In this document: positions 49,373-59,941 of the stretch, one piece after another | Layout: each line of letters begins with the position of its first letter | Position numbering within the stretch: position 1 is the stretch's first letter | Source of the DNA: a candidate division FCPU426 bacterium | GTDB lineage: Bacteria; Oederibacteriota; Muellerivitia; Muellerivitales; Muellerivitaceae | Length of the DNA: 64,000 bases | Reading direction: 5' to 3' | NCBI GenBank assembly: GCA_963830915.1 | Contig: CAWHOE010000049.1 | Span: forward strand, 23,334-87,333 | Notes under the pieces: model-generated | Databases searched by the model: none | Seen by the model: only the letters and a program-made list of their open reading frames with translations | What the model was told of the DNA's origin: nothing | Position numbers and translations under genes: made by a program

Positions 49373-50791
49373 ATGAGCTTCATTTCTTTCCCTTTCATCA
49401 TCCTGTTCCTTTTCGCGATGGCCTGCCGGATTTGGATCGGCCCGACCAAGACGGAAAAACCCTATTTAGCCGCCCTTCTGGTACTGAGCCTGATCTTCTA
49501 CGGCTCCTTCATCCCCCAGTACCTGCTCCTGTTGCTCTTCACGACCCTGGTGGATTATTACGCGGGCAACCAGATCGCCGGGACCGATTCCCATCCCCGG
49601 AAAAAAGCGTTCCTGGTCCTCTCGTTGGTCTCGAACCTGGGCCTGCTGGCCTTCTTTAAATATTCCGAGTTCGCATTGGACAACCTCAGGGCCCTTTGCG
49701 CGCTTTTGGGGTTGAACGGCTCCTGGGTGCCTCAAGCGGCCCTGGCCCTTCCCATCGGTATCTCCTTCTTCACCTTCCAGAGCATGAGTTACACCATCGA
49801 CATCTACCGGGGACAGATCAAGCCGGTCAACAGCTATTGGCGTTTCCTTTTATTCGTGAGTTTCTTCACCCACCTGGTTTCCGGCCCCATCGTCAGGGCC
49901 AACGAGCTTCTCTATCAGTTCGACCGGAAAAGGCGCCTGCGCTGGATGGTCAGTCTGCAGGGTCTGTATCTGATGATCCTCGGATTTTTCCTCAAGATGG
50001 TGGTGGCCGATAACCTGGCGGATTATGTGAACCGCTACTGGGAAAGGGGCGGGGCGAACGGCATGCCGGCCGCTGTGCCCTTGTCGTTGGCCGTGATGTT
50101 CTCTTGCCAGATATTCGCGGACTTCGCCGGCTATACCAGCATCGCCACGGGCGCCGCTTATCTGCTAGGTTTCAAACTGCCAATGAACTTCAACAGTCCC
50201 TATATCGCCTCGTCGTTCCGGGAATTCTGGACCAGATGGCATATCACCCTTTCCCGATGGATCAGGGATTACCTCTATATCCCCTTGGGAGGGAACAAGG
50301 GCAGCGGTTGGAGGCCCTACTGGATATTGATGGTCACCATGGTCCTGGCCGGGTTTTGGCACGGGGCGGCTTTCACTTTCCTCATCTGGGGAGCCTTGCA
50401 CGGGTTCTTTTTGGGGTTGGAGAGAATGGCGGGAATGAACGGGAAGGATAAGGGCCATAGTGGAGTGATCGTTTTCTTCTGGTCCCTGCTGACACAGGCG
50501 GTGGTCCTGATCGGATGGATATTCTTCCGGGCGAAAAGCGTGACGGAGGCCTTTCATTTCATCCGCAATCTGTCGAATGTCACCTATGGATGGAACACCC
50601 TGGGCCAGATCACCCCGGCTTTCTTTTTCATCCTGCCGGTCCTGTTGACGCACTTGAGAAGTTATTGTGTGGAGTCGGGCTGGATGAAGTCCCCCGGTAT
50701 CCGGGAAAAAGGCTTCTGGGCCGCCTTCATGCTTTATTTCATATTCACTCTTTACGGGAAGAACAATGCGTTCATCTATTTCCAATTCTGA
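49373..50791 (+). CDS. MBOAT O-acyltransferase (AlgI/PatA/DltB-like)
   Basis: LPIGISFFTFQ.MSY.ID, FWTRWHITLS, GFWHGA and FIYFQF motifs. Confidence 0.93.
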   Translation: MSFISFPFIILFLFAMACRIWIGPTKTEKPYLAALLVLSLIFYGSFIPQYLLLLLFTTLVDYYAGNQIAGTDSHPRKKAFLVLSLVSNLGLLAFFKYSEFALDNLRALCALLGLNGSWVPQAALALPIGISFFTFQSMSYTIDIYRGQIKPVNSYWRFLLFVSFFTHLVSGPIVRANELLYQFDRKRRLRWMVSLQGLYLMILGFFLKMVVADNLADYVNRYWERGGANGMPAAVPLSLAVMFSCQIFADFAGYTSIATGAAYLLGFKLPMNFNSPYIASSFREFWTRWHITLSRWIRDYLYIPLGGNKGSGWRPYWILMVTMVLAGFWHGAAFTFLIWGALHGFFLGLERMAGMNGKDKGHSGVIVFFWSLLTQAVVLIGWIFFRAKSVTEAFHFIRNLSNVTYGWNTLGQITPAFFFILPVLLTHLRSYCVESGWMKSPGIREKGFWAAFMLYFIFTLYGKNNAFIYFQF

Positions 50792-51854
50792 GCCCTTCTT
50801 CCCGGCCCGGCGTGGCTGGTGGAAAGGGTTACTGGCCTTCTTGATCTCCTTCGCCGTTATCGCGGGCGCGGGGGAGTGGGTCTCGCGTCAGCTTTCCTTC
50901 GAACACGCCTGGCATGGCGAACAGGTCCAGGTGCCGGCAGGCGGCATCCTGACGGAGACGGATAGCGACCATTTCCCCATCTATGACACGCTTTATTACG
51001 GGTTAGGGGACGCCATCGATAACGCCAAAAAGGCCGATGTGCTTTTACTTGGTAATTCCAGGGTGCTTTCGGGCTTTCGGGAGAAGGCGGTCCAGGAAGC
51101 GTCCTTGAAATCGGGCCTGAAGTTCTTCAATCTTTGCTACCCCGCCAATGACGGCATGGTCATGGCCTATCGAACCATCCTCAAGCACGACCTTCACCCG
51201 AAGATCGTGATCATCAATGAAACGAACTTCTTCAATTGGGGCATCAGCCCTTTTGGGAAGGACACGATGTCCCTGGGCACTTGGCGCGCTTTGACCAGGG
51301 TTTGGGAAGACCAAATCTCCTGGGCCGTGAGGGCCCAATTACACCGGCTCTTGCCCAGGTTCGGTTGGGGCAAGACCTATCGGGTCCAGCCTCCATTCCA
51401 ATACCAATCGGTAGGGGACGGGTGCCTTTGTTTGGATAACCATCCCTCCGACCAGAAAACCTACGCCGTGAACGACCCTAAGCTGAGCGAGGACCCCACC
51501 GCGGAAGAGATAGCGGCGGCCAAGATGTTCAGGGATGAAATGGCGAAACGGGGAACGGCCGTGGTGCTGACCGATATCCCCTTCGACCGGGAACCATTCC
51601 TGCGGGACAACGAGAATAAATCCAGTTTCGGGGCCTTGATGAAGCTTCCGGAAAATTCCCAACCCTTCCAGAGAGCTGATAAACTGGCCAAACTATTGGG
51701 TGTGCCCTTGATCGCCCCGGCGGTCGTGGGTCTCAGGACCACCGATGGGAGCCATCTGGACGAGGCCAGCGGCGATAAGTTCGCCCAGGCGTTCTTCCAG
51801 GAATTCCTGAAGCTATCGCGGGTAAAGGCCCTGGTGGCCCAAGAAAAAAAGTAG
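50766..51854 (+). CDS. SGNH-like partner of the MBOAT protein (AlgJ/PatB/DltD-like)
   Basis: N-terminal transmembrane segment, LLGNSR and DGSHL; overlaps the MBOAT gene. Confidence 0.65.
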   Translation: MRSSISNSEPFFPARRGWWKGLLAFLISFAVIAGAGEWVSRQLSFEHAWHGEQVQVPAGGILTETDSDHFPIYDTLYYGLGDAIDNAKKADVLLLGNSRVLSGFREKAVQEASLKSGLKFFNLCYPANDGMVMAYRTILKHDLHPKIVIINETNFFNWGISPFGKDTMSLGTWRALTRVWEDQISWAVRAQLHRLLPRFGWGKTYRVQPPFQYQSVGDGCLCLDNHPSDQKTYAVNDPKLSEDPTAEEIAAAKMFRDEMAKRGTAVVLTDIPFDREPFLRDNENKSSFGALMKLPENSQPFQRADKLAKLLGVPLIAPAVVGLRTTDGSHLDEASGDKFAQAFFQEFLKLSRVKALVAQEKK

Positions 51855-51881
51855 GTTCTTGAAAGTCGGAATGAGGATCTT

Positions 51882-52856
51882 ATGAGCGAAAAAATCTACG
51901 GCCGGAAACCGGCTTTGGAAGCCTTGAAATCAGGGAATCGGGCCATCACCCATATCTATCTCCTGCAAGGCGCCAGGGATGATGTGTTCAACCAGATCGA
52001 GGCCCACGCCAGGGCCAAGGGGATCCCCATCGGCCTGGAGACCCGGCACCGCATGGACACCATGGCGGGGAACGACAAACACCAGGGCGTCATTGTGGTG
52101 GCGGAGGATTACAAGTACGCCGAATTGGAAGACCTGCTGGACCTGGCCCAGAAAAAGAAAGAACCGGCTTTCCTGATCCTGTTGGACGAGATCGAGGATC
52201 CGCACAACCTAGGCGCCATCATCCGCTCCGCCGACGCGGCCGGGGTCCATGGGGTGGTGATCCCCAAGAACCGGGCGGTGGAAGTGAACGCCACGGCCAT
52301 CAAGGCCTCGGCCGGCGCCGCCGAGCATGTGCGGACCGTCAAGGTCACCAACCTGAACGACGCCATCCGGACCCTGAAGGAAGCCAATGTCTGGGTGGTG
52401 GGCGCGGATATGGAAGGCAGCAAGAATTTCTTCGATTACGATTTCCGTCAGCCCGTGGCCCTGGTCATCGGTAACGAGGGGAAGGGCCTGCGGCGTCTGG
52501 TCCGGGAAAACTGTGATGAGTTGGTGAAGATCCCCATGGCGGGCAAGATGTCCTCACTGAACGCCTCGGTCGCGGCGGCTTTGCTCCTTTTTGAGGTCAC
52601 CCGTCAAAGGAAATGGACGACAGCCGCTCCGCCCCCTCCTCCGCCACAGCCCATTACCTATGGCTATTCCCACGCGCCCGAAGTCTTCACGATCAGCTCA
52701 CCAGAGGCATCACCCACTCCACCACCCGACAAAGGCTTTTTTCGTTCAAGCCCTGACCCGGCTCTTGAAACGCCGATTGAGGGGCCTTCTGAAATCCTAG
52801 AGGACCAGGGGCATGACACACCCGGGAACTCCAAGGGCGGGGGATTCAAATGGTGA
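51882..52856 (+). CDS. rlmB: 23S rRNA Gm2251 methyltransferase with Pro-rich tail
   Basis: HQGV, DPHNLGAIIRSA, GNEGKG and SLNASVA motifs. Confidence 0.93.
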   Translation: MSEKIYGRKPALEALKSGNRAITHIYLLQGARDDVFNQIEAHARAKGIPIGLETRHRMDTMAGNDKHQGVIVVAEDYKYAELEDLLDLAQKKKEPAFLILLDEIEDPHNLGAIIRSADAAGVHGVVIPKNRAVEVNATAIKASAGAAEHVRTVKVTNLNDAIRTLKEANVWVVGADMEGSKNFFDYDFRQPVALVIGNEGKGLRRLVRENCDELVKIPMAGKMSSLNASVAAALLLFEVTRQRKWTTAAPPPPPPQPITYGYSHAPEVFTISSPEASPTPPPDKGFFRSSPDPALETPIEGPSEILEDQGHDTPGNSKGGGFKW

Positions 52857-53088
52857 GACCTGAACTTTCCCTTTCTTGAGTTTGGTCTCCGATCCTAACC
52901 GTCACTTCTAACCAAAATAATGGAACAGCCTTGCTTGACGGGTCTGGAAGTCACTTCTATAATCCTGTTTCTCTTGTAAGGTTTTGGGTGGTTGCGCTGG
53001 TAACAAAGAGAAAAGATCGCCTTTTTCCCGCGTGTTTTTTGTGGATGCCGAAGGTCGAGCGGACTTTCGGGATCCACGAGCGGCTAGG

Positions 53089-53164
53089 GCTGGCGTAGCT
53101 CAGTTGGTAGAGCAGCCGCCTTGTAAGCGGCAGGTCACCGGTCCGATTCCGGTCGCCAGCTCCA
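53089..53164 (+). tRNA. tRNA-Thr(TGT)
   Basis: Cloverleaf GCTGGCG...CGCCAGC-T-CCA; anticodon arm GCCGC-CTTGTAA-GCGGC. Confidence 0.95.
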
Positions 53165-53192
53165 TTTTAAACATCTGGTTACCGGCATATTT

Positions 53193-53247
53193 TAAAGCCT
53201 TTGTCCGGAAGGGTTCGAGCGACCTTCCGGGCAAAGGCTTTTTTATT
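53193..53247 (+). terminator. Intrinsic terminator after the tRNA
   Basis: AAAGCCTTTGTCCGGAAGG...CCTTCCGGGCAAAGGCTTTTT. Confidence 0.8.
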
Positions 53248-53294
53248 GGACCGGTGCGGTCATGATCAACCGATCCGCCGGTTCAATGGGGAAT

Positions 53295-53329
53295 AAAAAA
53301 AGCGGCCCCGGGAAACCGAGGCCGCTTTT
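53295..53329 (-). terminator. Intrinsic terminator
   Basis: AAAAAAAGCGGCCCCGG-GAAA-CCGAGGCCGCTTTT. Confidence 0.8.
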
Positions 53330-53358
53330 GGGAAAGAAAAATTAAATTTAAGAAGCGA

Positions 53359-54813
53359 TCAATAAAACTCGATGTTATCGAATTTTATGTGTCCGGTTCC
53401 GAAGGCGGAGGCTCCGCCGATATTCACAAAAACCTTAACCATGATGATATTCGTGGTACTTAACGCTCCCCACGATGTCGCTGGGAACGATATGGTAGTC
53501 CATCCTCCCAGCGTCAAATTCGTCCAACCGTTCTCCGGCCAATTAGTGCCATCTCCCAATTGGATCTCCCCGCCTGGATAATCCCCTGGGACGCAAGATG
53601 AATCGACCCAAAATGAAGCGCGGATCCCGGTAAAGGTCCCGCTGATGGGCGTTCCCGGGCTCATGATGATCCCCGCTGTTTGGTTGGCGGCCGTGAAGGT
53701 GGCCGTTACATCGGCGCAATAGTTGCTCAAGTCGGCTGGTGAGGAAACCACCAGATTCGTTCCTAGGTCCGTTCCGCCGATGGTTGTCCAAGTGCCGACG
53801 GTGTCCGTGAGGGAATCGCCCTCAAAAGTCCATCCTTGGATATAAGTGGGGATGGTCGGAGTGGGACATGCCCCGGTGAAGACCACGCGGATGTTGTCCA
53901 GGTAGATATTGCCGGTCGGAGTTCCACTGGATTGGTAGATGAACTCATAGTCGTTGACCGACGACGGGGCGCTGCCCGAGACCGTAAAGGTCACGGATTG
54001 TGGTCCCGCGCCCAGGGATACTGCCCCCGAAGCGAAAGTGCCTCCCGCGTTGGTTTGCAATACCAACTGATCGTACGCGCCGGTCCCTGTGGGTATCATG
54101 GAGGCGTCAACATCCACATCCGCGATTATTTGGGTCATGCCGGTGGTCGAGATCGGGAAGAAGCTGTTGATGTTGGCGATCTTACACCAGGTGTTGCCCA
54201 CCGACACATTGCAATCAATGGACTGAGACCCAGTGGTGAACCATGTTGAGGAAGTACTCAGGGCTGCATTACCCGCCGCGCCCCAACTGTAGCTGTTTTC
54301 GACCAAAGCTTGGCAATCATATACCAGGGTGCAACCTGAACTTCCCGCGGTATTGGTGGCTGTCTGGGTGGGAGTGCTGGTCGCGTTGACGGTGTTCGTC
54401 ATCGTGGGGGTAAGGGTGATGGTGGGTGAGTTGGTCGGAGTCGGCGTCACGGTAGGAGTGTCGGTCACGGTCGGCGACAGGGTGGAGGTCGGCGAGTAGG
54501 TCGGGGTGGGGCTCAAGGTACTCGTCAAGGTATTGGTGATGGTCGGGCTGTTGGTCGGGGTCCCGGTGAAGGTGGGGGTGCCGGTCCAGGTGTTGGTAAA
54601 AGTCAGCGTAGGCGTAAAAGACTTAGTGAAGGTATTGGTGATGGTGAAAGTGTAGGTGTTGGTCGGCGTATTCGCCATGGTCGGGGTCATGGTGGCGGTC
54701 ATGACGGAGACAGGCGCGGCCACATCCGGCAAGTTCCTACTGCAACCCGAGATGATCCCTATCCCAACGACGATGACTCCCAACATGTATTTCCAGTTCG
54801 TGAAACGTCCCAT
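53359..54813 (-). CDS. Lipoprotein with Thr/Pro linker and two putative carbohydrate-binding beta-sandwich domains
   Basis: Lipobox ISGC; domains ending IYLDNI and IKFDNIEFY. Confidence 0.75.
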   Translation of the reverse strand: MGRFTNWKYMLGVIVVGIGIISGCSRNLPDVAAPVSVMTATMTPTMANTPTNTYTFTITNTFTKSFTPTLTFTNTWTGTPTFTGTPTNSPTITNTLTSTLSPTPTYSPTSTLSPTVTDTPTVTPTPTNSPTITLTPTMTNTVNATSTPTQTATNTAGSSGCTLVYDCQALVENSYSWGAAGNAALSTSSTWFTTGSQSIDCNVSVGNTWCKIANINSFFPISTTGMTQIIADVDVDASMIPTGTGAYDQLVLQTNAGGTFASGAVSLGAGPQSVTFTVSGSAPSSVNDYEFIYQSSGTPTGNIYLDNIRVVFTGACPTPTIPTYIQGWTFEGDSLTDTVGTWTTIGGTDLGTNLVVSSPADLSNYCADVTATFTAANQTAGIIMSPGTPISGTFTGIRASFWVDSSCVPGDYPGGEIQLGDGTNWPENGWTNLTLGGWTTISFPATSWGALSTTNIIMVKVFVNIGGASAFGTGHIKFDNIEFY

Positions 54814-55100
54814 TTCGCCATCCTCCGTAATTTGGGTTCCAGCTTTGTGGGGCGCACAAAGCTCCGAATCGACTTAAACGTAGTAATCATACCACCAAGG
54901 GGTGGAACTTGGGGAAGCGCTTTTGTTTCGAAGAATGGGGCGGTCTGACATGGAGGTGGAAAAACATTGAAAAGGTTTCATGTCGTTTCAGTTGGTATGA
55001 AAAAAATCGGGCGACCCAAGAATAGAGGGGGCCAAACGTCCTTCTTTGCGGTTAAATGTTACCCGTTAAACAAAGGCTCTTACGGCCGTTCTGGCGAAGG

Positions 55101-57362
55101 ATGAAAATGTATCCGAACTCAGGGAAATATTTTTATATCCATCTTCTCTGGATCTTGCTCGCCCCCCGCGTCCTTTTCGCGCAAGCGCCCCGATGGGAAT
55201 CACCCGAGACCCGGCAGAAGGTGAACGATAAGATCCGGACGGTCGACTCGGTCATTCGAAAGGGCCCATTTAAGGACAAGCTGGACTCCCTGCGAGGTTA
55301 TCAAACGCCCGACTGGTATCGGGACGCCAAATTCGGCGTCTTCATCCATTGGGGTCCTTACTCCGTTCCTGGTTACGCCAACGAATGGTATCCCCGGAAT
55401 ATGTATCAGCCGGGGGATGACGCTTTCAAGCACCAAGCGGCCACCTTTGGCCCCCAGACGAAATTCGGGTACAAGGATTTCATCCCGCTTTTCAAAGCCG
55501 AGCGTTTTGACGCCCGTCATTGGGCGGACCTTTTCAAGAAAGCCGGGGCGAAGTACGTGGTCCCGGTGGCCGAGCACCATGAAGGGTTTGCCATGTACGA
55601 TTCGGACTTTTCCCGATGGACGGCGGTCAAGATGGGGCCCAAGCGGGATGTGATCGCTGACTTGGCCCAAGCGGTCCGGGACGAGGGTCTGGTTTTCGGG
55701 CTCTCCACGCACCGGGCGGAGCATTGGTGGTTCATGAACGGCGGCATGAAGTTCCCTTCGGATGTCCAAGACCCCGCTTACGCCGATTTTTATGGTCCTG
55801 CCCAGGCGGACGGCACCCCGCCGGATGAGGAGTATCTTTCCAACTGGCTGGCCCGTTGCGCCGAACTGGTGGATAAATACCATCCTCAAGTCATGGGGGA
55901 TTTTGATTGGTGGATCGGCGAACAAACGGCCTTTGACCCTTATGTCCGGAAACTGAAAGCCTATTACTACGATCGGGCCGCGCAGTGGAAGGAGGGTGTG
56001 GTCCTGACCGCCAAGGAAAAGACCTTCATCCCTGGGACGTCGGTCGAGGACGTGGAAAAGGGGAAATTCCCCGGCATCAACCCAGTCCCCTGGCAAACCG
56101 ACACCTCGGTGAGTTGGCGGTCCTGGGCCTACCTTAAGGATGACCAACTCAAGGACGCGGGTTATCTCATCCGTTTCCTGATCGACACGGTGAGCCGGAA
56201 CGGGAACCTGCTGTTGGATATAGGGCCTAGGCCGGATGGGACCATCCCGGAGGAACAGGAAAGGGTCCTGTTGAGGATCGGGGATTGGCTGAAAGTGAAC
56301 GGCGAGGCGATCTACGGCACCCGTCCCTGGATCATTTTCGGGGAAGGCCCGACCCAGGAAATGGGGGGCGGGTTCAGCGAGTCGGACAAGAAATATCAGG
56401 AAGGGGATGTGAGGTTCACCAGGAAGGGGAACGCCCTTTACGCGATCTGCATGGTCCCGCCATCCAAACCTTTGACCCTGACCCATTTAGGGAAATTCGA
56501 ATGTCCCTATGTGGAAATCCAAAAGATAACCAAGCTCGGTTCATCCGAAGAGATCAAATGGGACCGCCAGGATCAAGCGGTTGTGATCTTGCCTTCTTCC
56601 AGGCGGGGAAACGATCCGATCGTTTATAAGGCGCAATTGAGCGGCTCTCTGATGGGAGGGGTCAAACCTCGGATCCGAGGCGACCGGGTTACCATCAGCG
56701 GGTTCATCCAAAACTATGACCCGAATACCGTGACGAAGGAAATTCGGTTCGGGGTCATTCCCAAGACCAGGAAGTCCAAACGAGTGACGGTCGAGGGGGG
56801 ATCCACCCAAAACTTCGACTTTTCCTACCAGAATCCTCATACCGGTATTTATCAGACTTCCATATTATGTTCCCACCCAACCCATCAGCCCGATTTTTCG
56901 ATCCAGTGGCAGGTCGCGCTTCCGTCTCTGGGACTTACCGGCAAATGGTTATTCCAAAAAGGAGATGACCCCCTCTGGTCCGATCCAGCCTTGAAAGACT
57001 CTTCCTGGGAAAAGGTGAAGGTGCCAGCGCAGTGGGAAGCCATGGGATATAAGTGCGAGCATTGCTATGGTTGGTACCGGCTGCACCTGAGGATTCCGAA
57101 AGAATGGAAAGGCCACGGCCTGGTCCTTCCTTTGGGCAAGATCGACGACGCGGATATCACTTACTTCAATGGGAAGGAGATCGGCCGTATGGGAACCTTC
57201 CCGCCCCAGGAACAAACGGCGTGGAATCGGGTTCGTCGCTATGAGGTTCCCGCCGAGTTGATCCATTTTGGAAAGGATAACGTCATCGCCATTCGGGTAT
57301 ACAACGGAACTGGCGGGGCTGGGTTGTACGATGGCCCGCTGGGGCCGGTGGAAGTTCAATAA
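55101..57362 (+). CDS. Alpha-L-fucosidase (GH29) with C-terminal sugar-binding domain
   Basis: PDWYRDAKFGVFIHWG.YSVP, AEHHEGF and NGNLLLDIGP motifs; C-terminal LGKIDDAD.TYFNG. The start is uncertain. Confidence 0.9.
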   Translation: MKMYPNSGKYFYIHLLWILLAPRVLFAQAPRWESPETRQKVNDKIRTVDSVIRKGPFKDKLDSLRGYQTPDWYRDAKFGVFIHWGPYSVPGYANEWYPRNMYQPGDDAFKHQAATFGPQTKFGYKDFIPLFKAERFDARHWADLFKKAGAKYVVPVAEHHEGFAMYDSDFSRWTAVKMGPKRDVIADLAQAVRDEGLVFGLSTHRAEHWWFMNGGMKFPSDVQDPAYADFYGPAQADGTPPDEEYLSNWLARCAELVDKYHPQVMGDFDWWIGEQTAFDPYVRKLKAYYYDRAAQWKEGVVLTAKEKTFIPGTSVEDVEKGKFPGINPVPWQTDTSVSWRSWAYLKDDQLKDAGYLIRFLIDTVSRNGNLLLDIGPRPDGTIPEEQERVLLRIGDWLKVNGEAIYGTRPWIIFGEGPTQEMGGGFSESDKKYQEGDVRFTRKGNALYAICMVPPSKPLTLTHLGKFECPYVEIQKITKLGSSEEIKWDRQDQAVVILPSSRRGNDPIVYKAQLSGSLMGGVKPRIRGDRVTISGFIQNYDPNTVTKEIRFGVIPKTRKSKRVTVEGGSTQNFDFSYQNPHTGIYQTSILCSHPTHQPDFSIQWQVALPSLGLTGKWLFQKGDDPLWSDPALKDSSWEKVKVPAQWEAMGYKCEHCYGWYRLHLRIPKEWKGHGLVLPLGKIDDADITYFNGKEIGRMGTFPPQEQTAWNRVRRYEVPAELIHFGKDNVIAIRVYNGTGGAGLYDGPLGPVEVQ

Positions 57363-57395
57363 GGGTGATCGATAACAAATCTTAAAGAGGAAAAA

Positions 57396-58445
57396 ATGAA
57401 ATCTTCAAAAACGATCCTGGCGTTGTTCGCCTCCTTCGCGGTCCTGGCCGGTTGCGGCAATAAACAGGAGAGCTATCCCGTCAAGATCGGTCTTTCCATG
57501 GATACGCTCCGGGCGGCCCGTTTCACCCATGACCGGGATATCCTGACGGCTAAGTGCAATGAGCGGGGGGTGGGGGTGCTGGTGCAGTGCGCGGATTCCA
57601 ACGATACCCTGCAGAACTCTCAGTCCGAGAACCTTTTGACCCAGGGGATCAAATGCCTGGTGGTCATCCCCCATAACGCCAAGAGCTGCGCCTCCATCGT
57701 CAAGGCGGCTCATGATATGGGCGTGCCAGTCCTTTCCTACGACCGGCTCATCCTTGACAGTGATGTGGACGCCTACGTTTCTTTCGATAACGTCAAGGTG
57801 GGGGAATTGCAGGCGTCCACCTTGGTCCACCTTCGCCCCAAGGGCAACTATGTACTCATGGGCGGAGCGCCCACGGATTACAACGCCATCCTTTTCCGCA
57901 AAGGCCAGAGGAACGTGCTGGATCCCCTGGTCAAGAAAGGGGACATCAAGATCGTGGGCGACCAATGGGCCGACGATTGGCTCCCGATCAACGCCCTGAA
58001 GAAAATGGAGAATATCCTGACCAGGAACAAAAACCAGGTGGACGCGGTGGTGGATTCCTACGACGGCACGGCCGGGGGCGATATCCAGGCCCTCACGGAG
58101 CAGGGCCTGGCGGGCAAGGTGGTCGTCTCGGGCCAGGACGCCGAGCTGGCGGGTTGTCAGCGCATCGTGGCGGGTACCCAGACCATGACGGTCTATAAAC
58201 CGGTCAAGTTCCTGGCCGCCAAGGCCGCGGAGATCGCGGTGGACCTGGCCAAGGGGCAGCCCCTTCCGCCCGCCCCGGCCAAAACGAACAACAATAAGAA
58301 AGACGTGCCCAGCTATTTCCTCGACCCTATCCCGGTCACCAAAGACAATATGATGAGCACGGTCATCGCGGATGGCTTCCAGAAGATGGAAGAAGTTTAT
58401 AAGGGCGTCCCCAAGGCCCAGTGGCCCCCGAAGGATAAACAATGA
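57396..58445 (+). CDS. xylF: XylF-like sugar ABC substrate-binding lipoprotein
   Basis: Lipobox LAGC; SYDRLI, YVSFDN.KVG, GGAPTD.NA, SGQDA and QTMTVYKP motifs. Confidence 0.8.
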   Translation: MKSSKTILALFASFAVLAGCGNKQESYPVKIGLSMDTLRAARFTHDRDILTAKCNERGVGVLVQCADSNDTLQNSQSENLLTQGIKCLVVIPHNAKSCASIVKAAHDMGVPVLSYDRLILDSDVDAYVSFDNVKVGELQASTLVHLRPKGNYVLMGGAPTDYNAILFRKGQRNVLDPLVKKGDIKIVGDQWADDWLPINALKKMENILTRNKNQVDAVVDSYDGTAGGDIQALTEQGLAGKVVVSGQDAELAGCQRIVAGTQTMTVYKPVKFLAAKAAEIAVDLAKGQPLPPAPAKTNNNKKDVPSYFLDPIPVTKDNMMSTVIADGFQKMEEVYKGVPKAQWPPKDKQ

Positions 58446-59884
58446 AAGTTCCCGATCTCCAGATACTCGCCCGGCCATCCCGGGTCACTCTTTTTCCGGC
58501 GGCCTGCTCCCTCGACCTGGGGGACGGCAGCGAGCGCGGGGAATATGTGGATCAGGACTATATCCTCACTGTCCTGAAACGGCCCCACCGTTCCATCAAT
58601 CTCATGTATTGCTACTATCCCTTCGACAAGGGTTGGCCCCTTCGGGCCTCGGCCGCGCATAAACCCAAGGGCGACCGGCCTTGGCCCTATCCTTATGATG
58701 ATTATTTCCCTTTTTCCGGAGGCCCCCAGGGAGACACCGAAGGCAAGGCCTTCCAGGAAATGCGCGATATCCGCCGCCACGGGCAGGATGTCACCCTGAC
58801 CCTGACGATGGATTGCAAGGTCCCGGACAGCCACATCCGGGCGATCGCGCGTCAATTGAGACCCTATGGCCGTCTGCGCCTGCGTTTGAACCATGAATGC
58901 GATGGTTTCTGGTTCGCCTTCAACCGCCGTTATACCTACCGGCAGGTCGCGGATTTCTTCATCCGATTCGCCAAGGTGATGAAAAAGGAAGCCCCTCTCA
59001 TTCAAGTCATGTGCTGTTGGGGCCACCCGGTCGATCTCAAGACCGGCGAGTTGACCGAGGAAAAGGCCCTGGGACCCATCCTTCCGGCCGCCGACCTCTG
59101 GTCCACGGATAAATACCTCACCCTCCACTACGGCTGGCCCTATAAGACCTGCGAGCCAGGGGAGCGGAAAAAGACCTATAACCACTATTCGGTGGAACAG
59201 ATCTGGAAAGAGTTGAAGGTGGTCCACCGCCGCTTTTGCCAGCTCTCCGGCCAACAAAAAGGTTTGGAAATGGGCGAGTTCAACGCCGACGGTAACGTGG
59301 GCGGGGAAGCCCACCAGCGGGATTTGACCCTCGCGTTCTACGAGCGGGTGCTTCGGGAAAGACCAGCCTTCCTGACGGGCATCACCTTCTACCAATTCCG
59401 GGACCGGAGCCGCCTAGGCCTGGAAAAGGAAGACCCGAACAATATCCAAAACGGCATGCCGACGCTTTTCCTGGAAGATTATAAAAGGATCATCCGTCAT
59501 CCCTATTTCACGCCGCGGGAAAGTTGGGCCACCAACCCCGGGAGTTCGAGGATGGTATGGCGCTCGGCGGAGGACTCGGAAGGATTGGGCTATCGATTGA
59601 AACTCAAGAAACGCCCGGTGTTCGTGGAGCTGTTATTGGACCCCAAGGCCAACCTGATGATCTGGGCGGGCCGCCAATGGTTCTATAAGAAGCCGGGAGT
59701 GGATTGGGTGGATATCACGAACGCCGCGGTCGAGTGGGGGACCGCCAAGCCCTTTCCCATCCGTCTCTTCGCGCCGCCCGCCGATGGGATGAACCCCGGC
59801 GGAGCCTCCCAGGTGGTCTCCAGGCTTTCCGGCCCGCCACAGGCCCGTGTCCGCTATGACGCCCATCGTTGGATCAAGCCTTAA
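58442..59884 (+). CDS. Hypothetical protein, possibly a GH26-like glycoside hydrolase
   Basis: LRLNHECDG.WF and MGEFN resemble the GH26/clan A acid-base and nucleophile motifs. Confidence 0.5.
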   Translation: MKVPDLQILARPSRVTLFPAACSLDLGDGSERGEYVDQDYILTVLKRPHRSINLMYCYYPFDKGWPLRASAAHKPKGDRPWPYPYDDYFPFSGGPQGDTEGKAFQEMRDIRRHGQDVTLTLTMDCKVPDSHIRAIARQLRPYGRLRLRLNHECDGFWFAFNRRYTYRQVADFFIRFAKVMKKEAPLIQVMCCWGHPVDLKTGELTEEKALGPILPAADLWSTDKYLTLHYGWPYKTCEPGERKKTYNHYSVEQIWKELKVVHRRFCQLSGQQKGLEMGEFNADGNVGGEAHQRDLTLAFYERVLRERPAFLTGITFYQFRDRSRLGLEKEDPNNIQNGMPTLFLEDYKRIIRHPYFTPRESWATNPGSSRMVWRSAEDSEGLGYRLKLKKRPVFVELLLDPKANLMIWAGRQWFYKKPGVDWVDITNAAVEWGTAKPFPIRLFAPPADGMNPGGASQVVSRLSGPPQARVRYDAHRWIKP

Positions 59885-59941
59885 TGTTTGGATGGTTCCA
59901 GCGGAATATTGAAGGATGAAGGCGCATGGTCTTCGATCCCA

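Noticed and set aside
53089..53164. tRNA as an attachment site of an integrated element
   Set aside because: No duplicate of its 3' end and no integrase was noticed in the window.
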